From: Dictyostelium discoideum
Taxonomy: Eukaryota
Direction: 5' to 3'
Assembly: GCA_000004695.1 (NCBI GenBank)
Contig: CM000154.2
Span: 4,416,001-4,480,000 of the forward strand
DNA length: 64,000 nucleotides
Below the pieces are notes generated by a model. That model saw nothing but the letters and a program-made list of their open reading frames with translations, was not told the origin of the DNA and did not search any database. The position numbers and the translations under genes are program-made. Shown here in pieces: positions 56,101 to 64,000 of this stretch (position 1 is its first letter; each line of letters opens with the position of its first letter).

Positions 56101-56162
56101 GTTTTATCTCTTTTTTATTATTATTAATCTTACTTTGATTAATCTTTTTATTTTATTTTATT

Positions 56163-64000
<7,838 letters not shown>

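Overview
This window is extremely AT-rich (roughly 20-25% GC by eye) nuclear DNA with poly-Asn/Gln coding tracts, (AAT)n/(ATTT)n microsatellites and short GTAAGT/GTATGT...AG introns. That fits Dictyostelium discoideum or a close relative. The left part (1-22 kb) is an ordinary gene neighbourhood. It has two N-gaps (819-919 and 18907-18986) flanked by low-quality sequence. It holds a Nudix hydrolase, an MIP/aquaporin with a long His/Asn-rich N-terminus, an eIF2B-gamma-like nucleotidyltransferase (5 exons), an alpha-kinase/WD40 protein of the myosin heavy chain kinase B/C type, a cytochrome b5-like gene, a small membrane-anchored protein and an 825-aa lineage-specific orphan. From about 22 kb to the window end (64 kb) the sequence is dominated by a same-strand tandem array of four near-identical, multi-exon, iterative type I polyketide synthase genes. 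The repeat unit is about 10.7 kb and all copies lie on the minus strand. The domain order is KS-AT-DH-cMT-ER-KR-ACP-terminal reductase. The KS domain is split into five small exons, and the terminal NAD-binding reductase domain is split by an intron that carries an (AAT)n microsatellite. The six-frame ORF track fragments each gene. The ~96-aa ORFs downstream of each large ORF are the last exon of the PKS, not separate genes. The third copy is broken inside the reductase domain at a duplication breakpoint, so it is truncated. A cytochrome P450 gene sits head-to-head with it. A degenerate remnant of the 3' end of the orphan gene lies beside the fourth copy and marks the edge of the duplicated unit. 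The fourth copy runs off the window. Together this looks like a young, birth-and-death-evolving PKS + P450 biosynthetic gene cluster. No rRNA, tRNA or CRISPR array was seen.
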